A DNA stretch of 64,000 nt, taken from the NCBI RefSeq assembly GCF_009914755.1, contig NC_060947.1. One strand, written 5' to 3'. Below the pieces are notes generated by a model. It was not told the origin of the DNA. It ran no database searches and saw only the letters and a program-made list of their open reading frames with translations. The translations under genes were made by a program, and so were the position numbers. This DNA comes from the human T2T-CHM13v2.0 reference genome, Homo sapiens. This document shows positions 40,598-53,840 of this stretch, piece after piece. Numbering within the stretch: position 1 is the stretch's first letter; every line of letters starts with the position of its first letter.

Positions 40598-41033
40598 TGT
40601 TTGCTTAGGATTGGATTGGCTGTAAGAGAAATCCATCATAATACATAGATTGAATTTTATTTACTGCTAACATCAAAGAAATCTGTAATAATCATTGCAT
40701 GATTGATATGGCACTCCTTGTGGTCTGGGACTCAGGTTACCCCTATTTTATTACACTGATGTGAATGGCTTCCAATGTCACTTCAGGATCAAAGATCTGC
40801 ATACAGCCAGCTGGACAGGATGAAGAAGTTTGTACCTTATCCTGGACGTTATGTCAACTTCTACTTAAACCCCATTGGCTAAAACATGATAACATGGCCA
40901 CACCTAGATGGAAGGGAGGCTGGGAAATGTAGTCTTTTTTTCTGGGGATCCATGCACCCTGCAAAAAATCAGGAGGACTATAACTGAAGAAGAAAAGAAG
41001 AACAGATGCTGGGGTCAAGTTGTCTTTACCACA
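40598..41033 (-). mobile_element. MLT1J-like LTR
   Basis: cccattggctaaaac...acatggccacacctagatggaagggaggctgggaaatgtagtcttt. Confidence 0.8.
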
Positions 41034-41954
41034 ATCCCCAAGGCAAGGCCACCCCTCAGGAACCTCTAAAGAGACAATGTACTCTGCGTAAGTTTTGGAA
41101 AATCCATACTTATTGGAAAAAGTCCAAAATCTTTATCCAGCTATGCAAGATGCTTCATAACATGAACCCAGCTTCCCTTCCTGGCCTTATCTTCCACAGC
41201 TCCATATCATGAGCTTTCTTGTGCCTATCTGAAGACTCTGTACCCACCTATACACCCATACTCATCCCTTCTGAAGACCTTGCTGGATGTGCTCCCTCAC
41301 TCTTGAATGGCAACTCTCTCATTTCCTTTCTAAATCCTACCTGTCCTTTATGTAATCATAACAGGTATGCCACAAAGTCTCTTTGCATCCCTGGGGACAC
41401 AATGGAGAAATGGAGACTGGATGATGATTAAATGAGATGAATTTCTAATATTTAATATGCCAGACCCAAGGAATGCAGAATGGACCCCTGGCAACTCAGA
41501 GGACAGTCTCTTACAGTGGGACATGGGACTCGGTCTTCATCAAGTCAATTCAACATTATTATCGTTGACACCAATAAGAGTCCTGATTATATCATGATGA
41601 AAGATAATTTCAAAGATAAAAAAGAGAAAACTTGCACATAATTTGAGACATGAAAGAAGGGGTATGAATTCTGTCTTACTTGAATATTTGGGGCCCTGGT
41701 TCCATTAAGACAAAATTTAATAGGAATAAAGGTAATATCCTGCATTTGGCTCCAAGAAGTCAATAGCACAGGTCCAGAGCTTGGCAAGCATATGTAAAAA
41801 ACCTCAGTTTCTACTTGACAGCAAATTCACTGAAAGCCATTAGTATGGCTATCTAAAAAGGTCATTAAATCTTAGGCTGAATTGAAAGAAACATACCTTC
41901 CAGAAAGACAGAGAATAATCTAGCTCTCCTTTGATCTGATCAAGTCAAATCTAC

Positions 41955-42427
41955 ATTTCTTAAGCCCTCCCATTGTCCATGCCCTTTGCCATGTCACTTT
42001 AAAGATTCTCCCACAAAAAAGTCAGACTTCCCCTTCCCCCTTGGCTTTAGGTTTGGCCATGTGACTTGTTTTGTTAGCAGGCTTGACATGACCAAAGTTT
42101 GGAAAAGCATCTATACAATTAGCCTTGCTCTTTTATGCATCTGCCATCTTAATGAGAACATTCTTGGGTAAGCCCACTAGTCCCAGGAAGGGATGACAGA
42201 CGCATGATGCAGACTGAACAGCCCTAGCCAAGCCTAGCCTAGATCAGCTGACCCCAGAAATGTAAGCAAGTCCAGTCAAGAACAGCAGAGTTTCCTAGTC
42301 AATTAGGCAGCCTAGATGACCTGGCGCCCAGCTGATCCAGAGACCCGTGAGCTAAATAAACGCTTACTATTGCATTCCCCTGGGATTTTTGTGGTTGGTT
42401 GTTACACAGCACCAGCTAACTGGAACA
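41955..42427 (+). mobile_element. MLT1H/I-like LTR
   Basis: ggtttggccatgtgacttgttttg...gcctagatcagctgacccc...aataaacgcttactattg...agctaactggaaca. Confidence 0.75.
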
Positions 42428-42622
42428 AGAACTGTGTGCAGTTCTGAGAGTCACATTTGATGAAGGACATTGACAAACTAGAGGGCAGTGGGAACCATGA
42501 AGGGTCACAAGGCCACAGAATATAAGGAGCAGTTGGTTACACTGATATCATTTATGCTGAAAAGGGGAGCACACGTTTTTCAAACATGTGAAAAGCTTTC
42601 ATATGAAAGAGGAGTTCGATTT

Positions 42623-42946
42623 TGCTGTGATCTGAATATGACCCCCAGAATTAATGCATTGAAACTTAATGGCCAATGTGATAGTACTGAGAGGTAAAGC
42701 CTTTAAGAGGTGATTAAATGATGAGGGTGGAGCCCTGATAGATGGGATTAGGGCCCTTATAAAAGGGCTTGAAGGAATGGGTTTGCTTTCTTCTGCTCTT
42801 CTTTAGCAAGAAGACCTTCACCAGACACTGAATGCTGGTGCCTTGATCTTGGACTTCACAGTCTTCAAAACTGTGAGAAATAAATTTCTATTGTTTATAA
42901 ATTGCTCAGTCTTGGGTATTTTGTTATGGCAGCACAAACAGACTCA
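42623..42946 (+). mobile_element. MLT1A-like LTR
   Basis: tgctgtgatctgaat...ccttgatcttggacttc...; exact TSD gattt. Confidence 0.85.
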
Positions 42947-45237
42947 GATTTACTCTTCATAACACTGAGAGTCCTAAAATCTTTTGAGACTGATTACAAA
43001 GGTAGATCCCACCTTTAGAGCTCTCTGGAATTAAAACAAGTTTTCAGAAACTGTGAATTATTCTTTGCTAGAAATATTCAAGTAGAGAGATGTCCTCTAA
43101 GCCTCCTTCTGACCTTGAAATACTTTGAGTGAACACCACCTGCCCCACAAAACATTTGCCTCACTGCTGTCCACCCTAAAGTGTCTGTTCTACTGTCACT
43201 CTCTCTGCTGGTCTCTGGCTTCCTGACTGTGCCAAACAACATCCCTCCCCTGCCCTTCTTCAGTTGTTTTGGTTCCTCAGCAACACCTCTCCCCACTGCT
43301 GGATCTGAGGTTTATGTTCTCAGTTTCAATGATGAAAACAGGACGCTACTCACCACACCTGGCTACATGTTGGGGAATGGCTTCTGTGATTTTCCTGGGC
43401 CTCTAATCCCACCAGAGAGGACCTAGTTTTGTGCCAGTTGCTGTCCGCACTGCCTAGCATGACACTCTCTTCCCCCACATCCCTCTGCATGCTTGATCAA
43501 CAAGAGCACTCAAGCAGGTCTTCCTCAACCAAAACCTGACTAAGAATGACTTTCTAATATTAGCGACTTATAACTTAGCATGAATTGAAGCCCAACCCCT
43601 ACCCTCTCTCCCAGGAGCACTTAGATTTTAAGCGCGTTCTCTTGCCGTGGAACGAAGCACGGTCGGCCTTGTATCTTGGTCAAGGAACTGACAGCCTTAC
43701 AGTTTTCCTTTGGGAGCCAGCCTCACTTGGGCTTCTCCAGACCCTGTCTTTACTTTTATAAATAAGGATTAAAATCGAGTGGGCTACTTTATGTGTGAGT
43801 TAGTGCCTCTGACACCCGCCCAGGAAAACAGAAAATATTGGTCAACAATCTGATATTTCCAAGTAATCTCACATACTTAGCAGTAGGTAGAAATACCCTT
43901 CAGCCTGGGTCTTTTAAAGGGTCACTTTTTAAAAATGCACTAGTAGTGGGGGAAAGTCAAAGTAGGGAGACAGACATCGTGCCCCAAATTAGCAGCACAG
44001 TTCCTGTCAAGCATGTTTCTGTGAGAAGCAAAACCCAGCGGTCACAGCAAGTGTGTGGCCCCAGCTTGTCAGAGCTATTGATTGACTGCTCGCAATATTG
44101 CAGGTGATTTAAAGAGTTCCCTGCCACCTTGTTTGTTTAATGTCACCTCCATATGAGAATGTCAGCCTCTGACATGTTTGACTTCTCCACAGGACAAATG
44201 CCAAGCCACATGCTGTTGTCCCACCGACAGAGATTGTTCCCTACCCTTCGTCACAACAATGATGCCAACAATTTCTAAATGCTTCATTTAAAAGAAGCAC
44301 TAACTAATTCTCGATAATCTCCTGATCGGTGCTGTAACATGACTCCGGCAAGGGGCCAGGAAAGCCTATCCTGTTCGTTTTTCTTATCTATACTTAGAAA
44401 ACCTTCCAAAACTGCATCACACTTAGTGGTCCTCAGAGCAGCTGCTTTGTGAGCCGGCAGGCTGGAGGTTGGAGGGGGCAGGGCGAGGGCACGGAGAGGC
44501 AGCCGAGACTGTCTGGGGCCAGAGGCCAAACTTGGCCAACCCAAGACAAACACGGGCTGGAGATAAAAAGAGGAGAGGAGGAAGCACAGCCAGTGATGGC
44601 AGCAACAACACAGATGGAAAATAAACAGCACCGAGGGCTGGAAAAGCAAGGATCAGCGCTGTGGAGACAGAACAGAGGGGAAAGGGGTACAGGATGAGGA
44701 GGAGGAGTAGGGAGGGTCCCCCCTCCCAGTCACCCCACTCCCAGAAGCGAACGGTGTGAAAGGAAGAGGAGAGAGAAAAGGACAGCAGAGGAGAAAGATG
44801 GGGGCAGGAAGACCAGCATGGGGGCAGGGAAGAGTCTGGAAGACAAAAAAAGGAGAAAAGGAATGGAAGGAAAGGGGGAAGAATTTCAGGGAGAAAATAG
44901 AAGAGGGGAGGGGAAGAAAAGAAGGGGAATTGGGGGCAGAGGAGGAGCAATGACCAGCAAAGGACAGCCACAAAAGCACTTAGTGCCTAAGGTATGCCCA
45001 TCCATAGACACGACTGATTCTTTTCAACGGAAAAAAGCAAAACAAAACAAAACCCTCCAACCTAGTCTGGTGTGTTGTTGAAACATAATAAATTTTTGGC
45101 ACTTTTAGAGCAGATGTATGAAGAAATTAAGTTCAGATTTAAATTCCAGATCGTTTTTTTAAATGTAGTATGTTCAGATCCGTACGTAGAAAATCGAAGC
45201 CAAAAAAGAAAAAAATAAGATCTTTTTGTGTGAGAAC

Positions 45238-45458
45238 CAGTGGTTCTCAATTGGGTGGTGGGGGAGAGGGTTGCTTCTCCAGGCGACATTTGACAATGTT
45301 CACAGACACTTTGGGTTATAACAACATGGGAGGGGGGAATGGGTGCTACTGGCATCTAGTAGGTAGAGGCCAGGATGGTGCTAAACAGCCTGTAAGGCAC
45401 AGGACAGCCCCCACAATGAAAAATGATCTGACTCAAAATGGTAACAGTATGTTGAGAA
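45238..45458. mobile_element. MER20
   Basis: cagtggttctcaa...tgctactggcatctagtaggtagaggccaggatggtgctaaac...gcacaggacagcccccacaa. Confidence 0.9.
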
Positions 45459-45610
45459 TGGACGGACCGGCAACGGCAGCATCACCTGGGATTCTCAGGC
45501 ACATCCCAGAGCTACAGAATCAACAACTCTGGAGTGTATCTGAAAGCATTCTACATGTTAACCAGTCCTCCACATGATTCTGATGCACGCTCAAGTGTGA
45601 GAAACCCTGG
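45459..45610. mobile_element. MER5A fragment
   Basis: gcagcatcacctggga...tgattctgatgcacgctcaagtgtgagaaaccctg. Confidence 0.75.
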
Positions 45611-45649
45611 TCTAGAGCTCCCCATTCCATACATTAACCACGAATACAG

Positions 45650-45800
45650 AGCTATTAATTCAAACAAAATAAGATTTAGAATGCAGTTCCTCAGTCACAG
45701 TAGGCAATTTCAAGAGCTCAGTAGCCACATGTGGCTAGTGGCTACCATATTGGACAGTACAGATCTAGAACATTTTCATTGCCACAGAAAGTTCTAGAGC
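45650..45800. mobile_element. MER3 fragment
   Basis: ctcagtagccacatgtggctagtggctaccatattggacag...cagaaagttcta. Confidence 0.8.
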
Positions 45801-46047
45801 TTTGTTCAGCAAGGCTTTCTCATGAACAGGAAAAGCCAACAGGCACGTAGGCTGAGGAAGGTTTCTACCCCAACGCAGTCACTGCCACCTCTACACAGAA
45901 GCATGTGAGGGTGAGCTGTGGAAAAGATAGGACCATGTGGTACATCTGAAAGAGCCCTGGGCTGAGGTCAGGAGGATGACATTTTAATTTCTGCATCTGA
46001 CTTACAAACTTGTGGCACTGTCATGTGCTGGTTGAGGGACAAAGTGC

Positions 46048-46522
46048 CAGGCATTTTATCCTTTTCTGCCATAGACTTTTTTGACGCTCTGGTGAAGCTC
46101 ATGGACTGCTTCTCAAAAGAAGGCTTGTAAATGCATAAAATAAAATAAAATTACAAAGAAAACCAATTACATTGAAATGTAGTTATCAAAATAAAAAAAC
46201 ACAGTTGTGCTATTGTAATATATATGCTTCTTTATTAACACAGTAATTAATAAGATAGAGTGGCAGGTCTAATAACCACTGTAATTTCAAAGAAGTGATA
46301 AGTGAAAGTGATATTTTGAGATCTGCATAACAACAGTAATATGATATGAAATATCTGTGATTTCTGTTGGAGACAAGGTCTCAGGTACTGCTAATACCGC
46401 CGTGATTTGTTGCCTGCATTCATAATTGAAGGAAACACTAAATCTCATTAGAAAATTAGTGGAAATAAAGAGGCAATTTTTTTTCATCCAAGTTCACAGC
46501 CTGATGCATTTAGAACCTCTGG
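46048..46522. mobile_element. Charlie4a-like hAT element
   Basis: ctggtgaagctcatggactgcttctca...aaatgcataaaataaaata...aaaccaattacattgaaat...aggtactgctaatacc. Confidence 0.8.
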
Positions 46523-46589
46523 TGGTGTGACTTTACTGTCCCCTGTCCTCCAAGGGATCCTCTTCACCCCACTAGTAGAAGCTGAGCAA

Positions 46590-46778
46590 ATAGAAAGAGG
46601 GAAGAGACCCACGAGGGAAGTTTTAGGGACCAGACCTGAAAGTGACTGTGTGTACATCACTTCTGCCCTCACTCCACGGGCCAGAACTAGTGGTTGGGGT
46701 GGGGGTGCAGGAGCACTGTGGGGGAGGCTGAGACATGGTCGCCCTGACACAGGTGGGCACATTCAGTCTCTGTCACAC
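46590..46778 (-). mobile_element. MLT1 fragment
   Basis: acatcacttctgccctcactccacgggccagaactagt...agtctctgtcaca. Confidence 0.55.
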
Positions 46779-46875
46779 CTAGCTACCTCAAAGATCAAAT
46801 AAGAAAATGGATATGAAAGCGTTCTGCCTCACCGGAAAAAGAGTTTGATTTATTGAAAACAAAATTATCTTGAGA

Positions 46876-47171
46876 GATTGGGCACAGTGGCTCATGCCTG
46901 TAATGCTAGCACTTTGGGAAGCCGAGGCAGGCAGATTGCCTGAGCTCAGGAGTTTGAGACCACCCTGGCAACATGGTGAAATCCCGGCTCTACTAAAATA
47001 CAAAAAATTAGCCAGGCATGGTGGCGGGTACCTGTTGTCCAAGCTACTGAGGAGGCTGAGGCACTAGAATTGCTTGAACCCAGGAGGCAGAGGTTGCAGC
47101 GAGCAGAGATTGCACCATTGCACTCCAGCCTGGGTGACAAAGCGAGACTCGGTTTCCAGGAAAAAAAAAAA
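46876..47171 (+). mobile_element. AluS (Sz6-like)
   Basis: Full dimer with gattgcctgagctcaggagttt; TSD core aaaattatc. Confidence 0.9.
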
Positions 47172-48384
47172 TTATCATTAAAGCTACAAACAAGATGGTG
47201 GGGGCCCTTCTTCCAGCAGAGAGCTGGAGAGACGAAACACCAGCTTGGGGGGAATACTTTAAGGGTGTTTCCAAGACTGGAGGTCTCAGCTTTAATACCA
47301 AAGCCACTCCTGCCCCACTTCCACGCCAGCCACCACTTTTCACCCCTCCCCTCCCCCACCCTGGGAAAACCTAGAAAAGTTTCGGGACTTCAGGCCTGGT
47401 GCAGCCCACCTCCCTCGGTCATTCAAATCAGGGCCTGGCAGGCCCCCAGGAGGGAGGTAACAAAATTAAAAATAGCCTCTCCTCCAAGAAAAAAAATTAA
47501 AAATAGATTCCAACCCACATGAAAATTTGGGTGGAAAGAAAGGAAAGGAAAACAAAATGAATCATCTTTATGTGTTTTGCTGAGCGAGAGCCCGTTGCCA
47601 TGGCTACGGGGCCCTGTGTGCAGGCCTGGTCTTTTCCAGCAAGTTCAAGGCCCGCCAAAGAGCCAGTGGGGGCGGCCCTATCACCAATATGTTATAGCCA
47701 TCGGATCCACGATCCCCCAACGCAGTCGCTGCCACTGAGCAGGTCGTATTAATGACTGTCACAATTAATTTAGTGTTTCCTTCCGTTGTGATCTATCGCT
47801 GTAATTGAGCAAACGAGAGGACTTGTTTGGGTCTCCTGGGAGTTTAGGGAAATCTTGCCTGGTTTTGCAATCTAGACAGTCAGGGGAGGTTATGCGAACT
47901 TGTGGAGAAGCCCGGTCTTAAATCATAGAGTGGGAAAGCCAGCTCTCCAGCCTGCATCAGCCAGCCGCTGTCTGCCTTCCTGGTGGGCTCGCTGGTGCTG
48001 CACGTGAAAGGCCCCATGAAGACAAGGAAGGGTAAGAGGATCAGCAAGTCCGCATGGCCTCACTGGCTGGTGAAACAAAGCTGGGACAGTGGCCCAATCC
48101 CCCCAGTAGGTGATGTGCTTGGGAGACACTCCCCCAGATTAAGAAAAGCTGGATTCATGAGGTCCCCTTCTCAGAACTGGAGTTTTAGGCCTTAACCTAA
48201 ACTGGAAAGGGCAGCCTAGGGCTTTGGAGAAGGCTCTTGTCTCACATACACTTTTCTAAAACAGTAGTGTTCTGCCTTAAGAAAACCAAATACATTGAAA
48301 ATTCAAACTTACAAAATAAATAAGAGGGACAGGGGAGGAAGAGAAAACTCACTTCATAAAGAATTTTTTACTTTAAAATAATTG

Positions 48385-49240
48385 GCCTGGAAATGTTCCA
48401 CATAAGAAACAAAAGAGACATGTCAACTAAATTCAATATCTGATCTTAGACTAGATCTTATGCTATCGAAAGCATTATTAGGACAATTGACAAAATTGAA
48501 ATATGAATGGTAGAACAGATTAAAATATTACACTTATGATAAATTTACTGAAGTGGATAACTATACTGTTGCTAACTGTACTGTGGTTCTATAAAAGAAT
48601 ATTCTTATTCTTAGAAAATATGAAAGTATTTAAGAATGAAGGGCCATGATGTATGTAACTGCTGTGGTCTGAATGTTTGTGTCCCTCCAAAACCCATATG
48701 TTAAAACCCTATCAATGTGATGGTTTTAGCAAGTGGGGCCCTTGGGAGGTGGTTAGGTCATGAGAGTGGAGCCCTCATAAATGGGATTAGTGCCCTTATA
48801 AAAGAGGCCTCAGAGATATCCCTCACCCTTTCCACCATGTGAGATCACAGCTGGAAGGCACCATCTGTGAATCAAAAAGTGGGCCCTCACCAGACACTGA
48901 ATCTTCTGGCACCTTGTTTTTGGACTTCCCAGTCTCCAGAACTGTGAGCAATGAATTTCTGTTGTTTATAAGCCACGCAGTTTATGATATTTTGTTGTAG
49001 TAGCCTGAATAGACCAAGACAGCAACTTACCCTCAAACTGTATTTTAAAAATTATATATTGGTGTATGTGTATATAGATAGAGACAGAGAGAAGGTGCAT
49101 GAATGATAATGCAAAGGAGTAAAATGTAAAATGTGAAAAACAGGTGAAAATGAATAAAGGGTGGTTGGCTATTCTTTGCAATATGATCATTCTTGCAACA
49201 TTTCTATAAGTTTGAAAGTTTTTCCAAATAAATTTTTCTA
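48385..49240 (+). mobile_element. L1MC4/5-like 3' region, split by MLT1A0
   Basis: aagagacatgtcaactaaattcaat...ttcttagaaaata...gcaacatttctataagtttgaaagtttttccaaataaa. Confidence 0.8.
48660..49021 (+). mobile_element. MLT1A0 solo LTR
   Basis: tgctgtggtctgaatgtttgtgtccc...gaccaagaca; TSD gtaac/gcaac. Confidence 0.92.
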
Positions 49241-49257
49241 ATTGGCTTCATTTTCAT

Positions 49258-49660
<403 letters not shown>

Positions 49661-49733
49661 TGATACATGAAACTCAGGTACATCTGGGATTGTATTCCTT
49701 ACATCTTTCATTTATAGCAAATACACTCTACAC

Positions 49734-50057
49734 CAGGGCTGTCCAATAGAAGTTTCTGTGATGATCAAATGACAGATAGCTTTACTGTCCAATATGGTAG
49801 CCAGTAGCCATATGTGGCTATCGAGCATTTGAAGTGAGGCTAGTCCTAATGGAGATGTGCTGTAAGTGCAAAATACACACCACATTTCAAAGGTTTCTTG
49901 TGAAAAAAATATATGGAAAGCATTTTGGGCATATTGGGTTAAATGTGTTAATAAAATTAATTTCACCTTTTTCTTTTTACTTGTTAATGTGGCTACTAGA
50001 AAAATTTAAATTACTTACATGGCTCACAGTTATGGCTCATTTTATATTTCTATTGGT
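49734..50057. mobile_element. MER33/MER3-type MITE
   Basis: ctgtccaatatggtagccagtagccatatgtggctatcgagcattt...aatgtggctactagaaaaatttaaattac. Confidence 0.85.
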
Positions 50058-50149
50058 CTAGAAAGTCACGGAAGACAGGCTGGTTCTGACTTGGCCTCTC
50101 CTGGCCCAACTGTTCTAGCACAGTGAATACCCTTGGGGAATAATGGATG

Positions 50150-50482
50150 ATTTTAGGGTATCCGAAGAGCTGAATACTTCAGAGCCTGAGAATAGGCAAG
50201 GGAAAGAGTTGGCAGAGAAGTGTCCTAAATAGAGGCAGCATTTTGTAGAGAAGATGTTTTGTTCAAAGCCTACAGGCAAGAGAAGGCCTGGTGGGTTTGA
50301 GACACAAACTGGAGCTTGGAGTGGGAGGAGAGTGGCAAGAGCTTGGGTTGGAGATGTAGAACTTGTAATCCCCACTGAGAAGCTTGCATTTTTTCCTAAG
50401 CCCAATGGGAAAGCATCAAAGTATTTTAGGCTGGGAAGTGCCCTGATCCAAACTGAGTTTGTGAAAAAAAATCATTCTGGTA
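50150..50482 (-). mobile_element. L2 fragment
   Basis: caatgggaaagcatcaaagtattttaggctgggaagtgccctgatc...aaaatcattctgg. Confidence 0.6.
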
Positions 50483-50642
50483 ATTTCCTTAAGTCTGGCT
50501 GTGTGGTTGAGATTCCAGATTTCTCCCACTGTAGAACATTATCAGGGTGATCACTCGAGTCTCTTTTCCTTCCAGCCAAAAGACCATGATCAACAGCTCT
50601 CAACCAGAGGAGAGAACAGGGCCTCACAGAGGACAGTCCCAG

Positions 50643-51160
50643 TGTGGCCAACTGTATTTTCCAAAAATGCCCATATTATGGTCCAGTGTGTTCTTCCAGC
50701 CCCTTGTATTTCCCATTAAGAGGTGGAGTCTATATCTCATGAGTGCTCCCACCAATGGTGCTCAGCAGAAATGATGGTATGGGACTTCCAAGGCTAGGTC
50801 ATAAAAAGGATGCAGCTTCTACCTGGCTCCCTCTGAAGACACTCATCCTTGGAACCCAGTCTCCACGCTGTGAGGAAGCCCAGACTACACAGAGAGGCCA
50901 CAGCCAGCTAAGGTCTCAGCAGACAGCCAGCCTCAGCTGCCAGACACATGAGCATACAAGCTTTGTATTAATCATCATTCCAGCCCCCAGTCTTTGAATC
51001 TTTCAACTGAGACTCCAGACATCATGAAGCAGGGACAAACCGTTTCCACAGTGCTCTGTCCAGATTTCTGACCCACGGCATCTGTGAGCATTTAATAGAT
51101 TGTTGTTTTAGGCCACTACATTTAAAGGTTATTTGTTTTGCAGCCCTAGTACTTGGAGCA
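50643..51160 (+). mobile_element. MLT1G-like LTR
   Basis: tgtggccaactgtattttccaaaaatg...gacttccaaggctaggtcataaaagg...ttgttgttttaggccacta. Confidence 0.8.
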
Positions 51161-52495
51161 TCCACAGTATGGCCGTAAACATCCAAGCTTTATCGAAAGA
51201 AGGCAGCAGCTGCAATGCATGCTGGAGTACTGGGGTGAGGCCTAACCAATAGCCATTTGCCACAAGCCACTAGCCCTTAGCACACCGTGGGGCAGGGCAC
51301 ACACCAGCTGGTATCCACTGTGAGCCTAGTATTAAGCAGCTGGTAGATTGTTCTCCATTGGGTTTTCTAGAATTATCAGTGGCTTGGGCAACTTTGTAGA
51401 AGAAAGAGTCAAATAAAATGCCAAGCAGATTTAAAAGCAAAAAGTTTGACATTAAATAGGTGTTAAAATATGTGTCATCTCTCTTGCCTTTTAGCTCTAG
51501 AGAACCCCAATCATGACAATAATTAATATAATGGCTTGATTTATTGCTACTCTTCCTCAGGATCATATTTATTTCATTATTTTAAAATGTTTGAATTACC
51601 CAGGCAGGCTGGCTAAGGTAAAAGATTATAGAGAATGTTCTGCCAGAAAAAAAAAAAAGAAAGACAAAACATAATTTATAAAATTAGTAACATAAGGGAA
51701 AAGCAACTGTCCGTGTACTTGAAAAATAAGCTGGCTCTAGGCAATCTTGAAGGTAAAGTCAATTTTTTAAAAAACATAGAAGAAACCAAAGCCTGAATTA
51801 CCTAAGTGGTCCAATGGAGTGTTTTTATGAACTGGTTGCTGGTGTCTCCTGACCCAGCCTGTGTTTCCTACAATGCCTGACGATGCCCCAAGGAAGAAGC
51901 AGTGATGTTGGCCTTCTTAGCTTGGGTCATGTTGTGGGTAGGGGAAAGTGACAGGGCCCTCCTTCCATGTGCAGTCATCCACAAGCACACACTCTGTTAT
52001 CACCTGCAAGGAAAAAACGCACCCCTCTTGCCTGGACAAAATGCCCTCATGCCAGCCTACTACAGTGAGTCACTGGGTTGGGGTGGGGACAGAGAGAGCA
52101 CAGACGAATGTGTCCCTCCCAGAGAAGGGAAAATCCAGAAAGACAGGATGGAAAAATCCTGAAGGGGTCAACCTTTTGAGTGGGAGGGGGAGAGAAAATG
52201 CTGGGAACTCTCATGTGGATAGCATCATGCCCTTTAATCCTTACAACAAGCGTATGAAGGAGATGCTTGTAATCCCCATATTACAGCCAAGAAAACAGAA
52301 GCTGTAGGTTTAATTTCACAAGACCACAAAATCAAAAATTATAAAACAATAATTATCAGATATTAATAACTACTATTTTTTGAGCCCTTCCTATGATCAG
52401 AGGAAGGATTCCTAACAACTTAACTTCCATTACATGGATATCATTATACACAATGTACAGATAAGAAGAGGCTAAGAGAGATAATTGGCCCAAAG

Positions 52496-52873
52496 TGATA
52501 TGGTTTGATTATGGTGTCCCCACCCAAATCTCATCTTGAATTGAAGTTCCCATAATCCCCACATGTCATGGGAGGGACCTGGTGGGAGGTAATTGAATCA
52601 TGGGGACAGTTACCTTCATGCTGTTCTCATGACAGTGAGTGATTCTCATGAGATCTGATGGTTTTATAAGAGGCTTTTCCCCCTTTCACTCGGCATTTCT
52701 CCTTGCTGCTGCCATGTGAAGAAGGATGTGTTTGCTTCCCCTTCTGTCTTAATTGTAAGTTTCCTGAGGCCTCCCCAGCCTTGCTGAACTGTGAGTCAGT
52801 TAAACCTCTTTCCTTTATAAATTACCCAGTCTCTGCTATGTCTTTAATAGCAGCATGAGAATGGACTAATACA
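52496..52873 (+). mobile_element. THE1C/D solo LTR (in a MIR-rich patch from ~52220)
   Basis: tgatatggtttg...gtgtccccacccaaatctcatcttgaatt...gactaataca; TSD caaag/catag. Confidence 0.92.
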
Positions 52874-53540
52874 CATAGTTATAAGACTTACCCTGCCATC
52901 CCTCATCACCTCCCCGACCAAAATATCCCTAAGACTTTGTTCAGCCCAGAGAAACGGCAGGGCTGCACCAAGAATGGGAACAAGGCAGCAGGGTGGGTGA
53001 GCCAGAGGATAGGGTAGGGTGAAGCACCTGGAAAGGGAGGACAGTACTAATGGATACAGTGCAGAGAGTGTGTCCCCTGAGACAGACTCAGACAGAAAAC
53101 AAGCTGCAGCAGCGTCTCTGTGGATGGTGGGCCCAGGGATTCACAGCCTAATGAACTAGATCATGAAATCTCATTTGCGTGTTTGATAGCTCCTGCCATG
53201 CGCTCGGGTTCACTTAGGACGAAAAGAAAAGGGGGGGCACTGGGAAAGGGCTCGTTTTCCGTGCTTTCAAAGAGTGGGAAGATTGATGGGGAGAGAGGTC
53301 CCAGGGGGCCTCCCAGGGAGGCAGACGTGGCCCAGTAAGCTCAGAGAGCTGGGAGGCCTGAGTCGTCACCAACAGCTGAATGGATGTCCTACACAAGCCC
53401 TGGCCAGCACGGCCGCCTGCATGGAGCAAGCCTTGCTGTTGACAATTCATAATTTAACTTACAAAGAAAGAAGCTATGCACATCCTCCTACCATCTCCCA
53501 GCAGGATGCTGTAGGAGGGTAGCCATGAGACCCCACAGAG

Positions 53541-53840
53541 CACCGCTTCTCAAACTATTGGTGATGAAGGACTAGTTGTTTCTTATTTTTTTGTTTTCCC
53601 AATCTGTCATGGACAAATCTTTGATAAAATACAACAAAAATAAATCACTGGAGAAAAAAATGAAAAGTAAAAAGTCCAAAGTTTTAGTATTTGGATTCAA
53701 CAGATGTAAAATTACTCTGTCATATTGTTATAGAAGTTTCAGAATGCTTATTCTCAGTCTCGGTGCTATCTCGTCATTTATGGGTGACAAATTGTTCTTG
53801 AACCTGCCCTGGTCTGTAGACCACTCTTTAAATAGTGCTG
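53541..53840 (-). mobile_element. MER5C
   Basis: gcttctcaaactattggtgatgaaggac...gattcaacagatgtaaaattactctgtca...gaccactctttaaatagtgctg. Confidence 0.8.

Larger units (their letters stand above)
41370..43130 (+). mobile_element. L3/CR1 RT-to-3' end fossil, split by two MaLR LTRs
   Basis: gacacaatggagaaatggagactggatgat...ttcaacattattatc...aatttaataggaataaa...gtgcagttctg...aggacattgacaaactagag. Confidence 0.8.

Noticed and set aside
44284-45081. Several overlapping ORFs up to 182 aa
   Set aside because: Purine-rich low-complexity DNA lacking stop codons; biased L/S/P/F or G/E/K composition.
47663-47678. ccagtgggggcgg as a CTCF site
   Set aside because: Lacks the A of the CCASYAG core, putting it out of register; treated as a GC box only.
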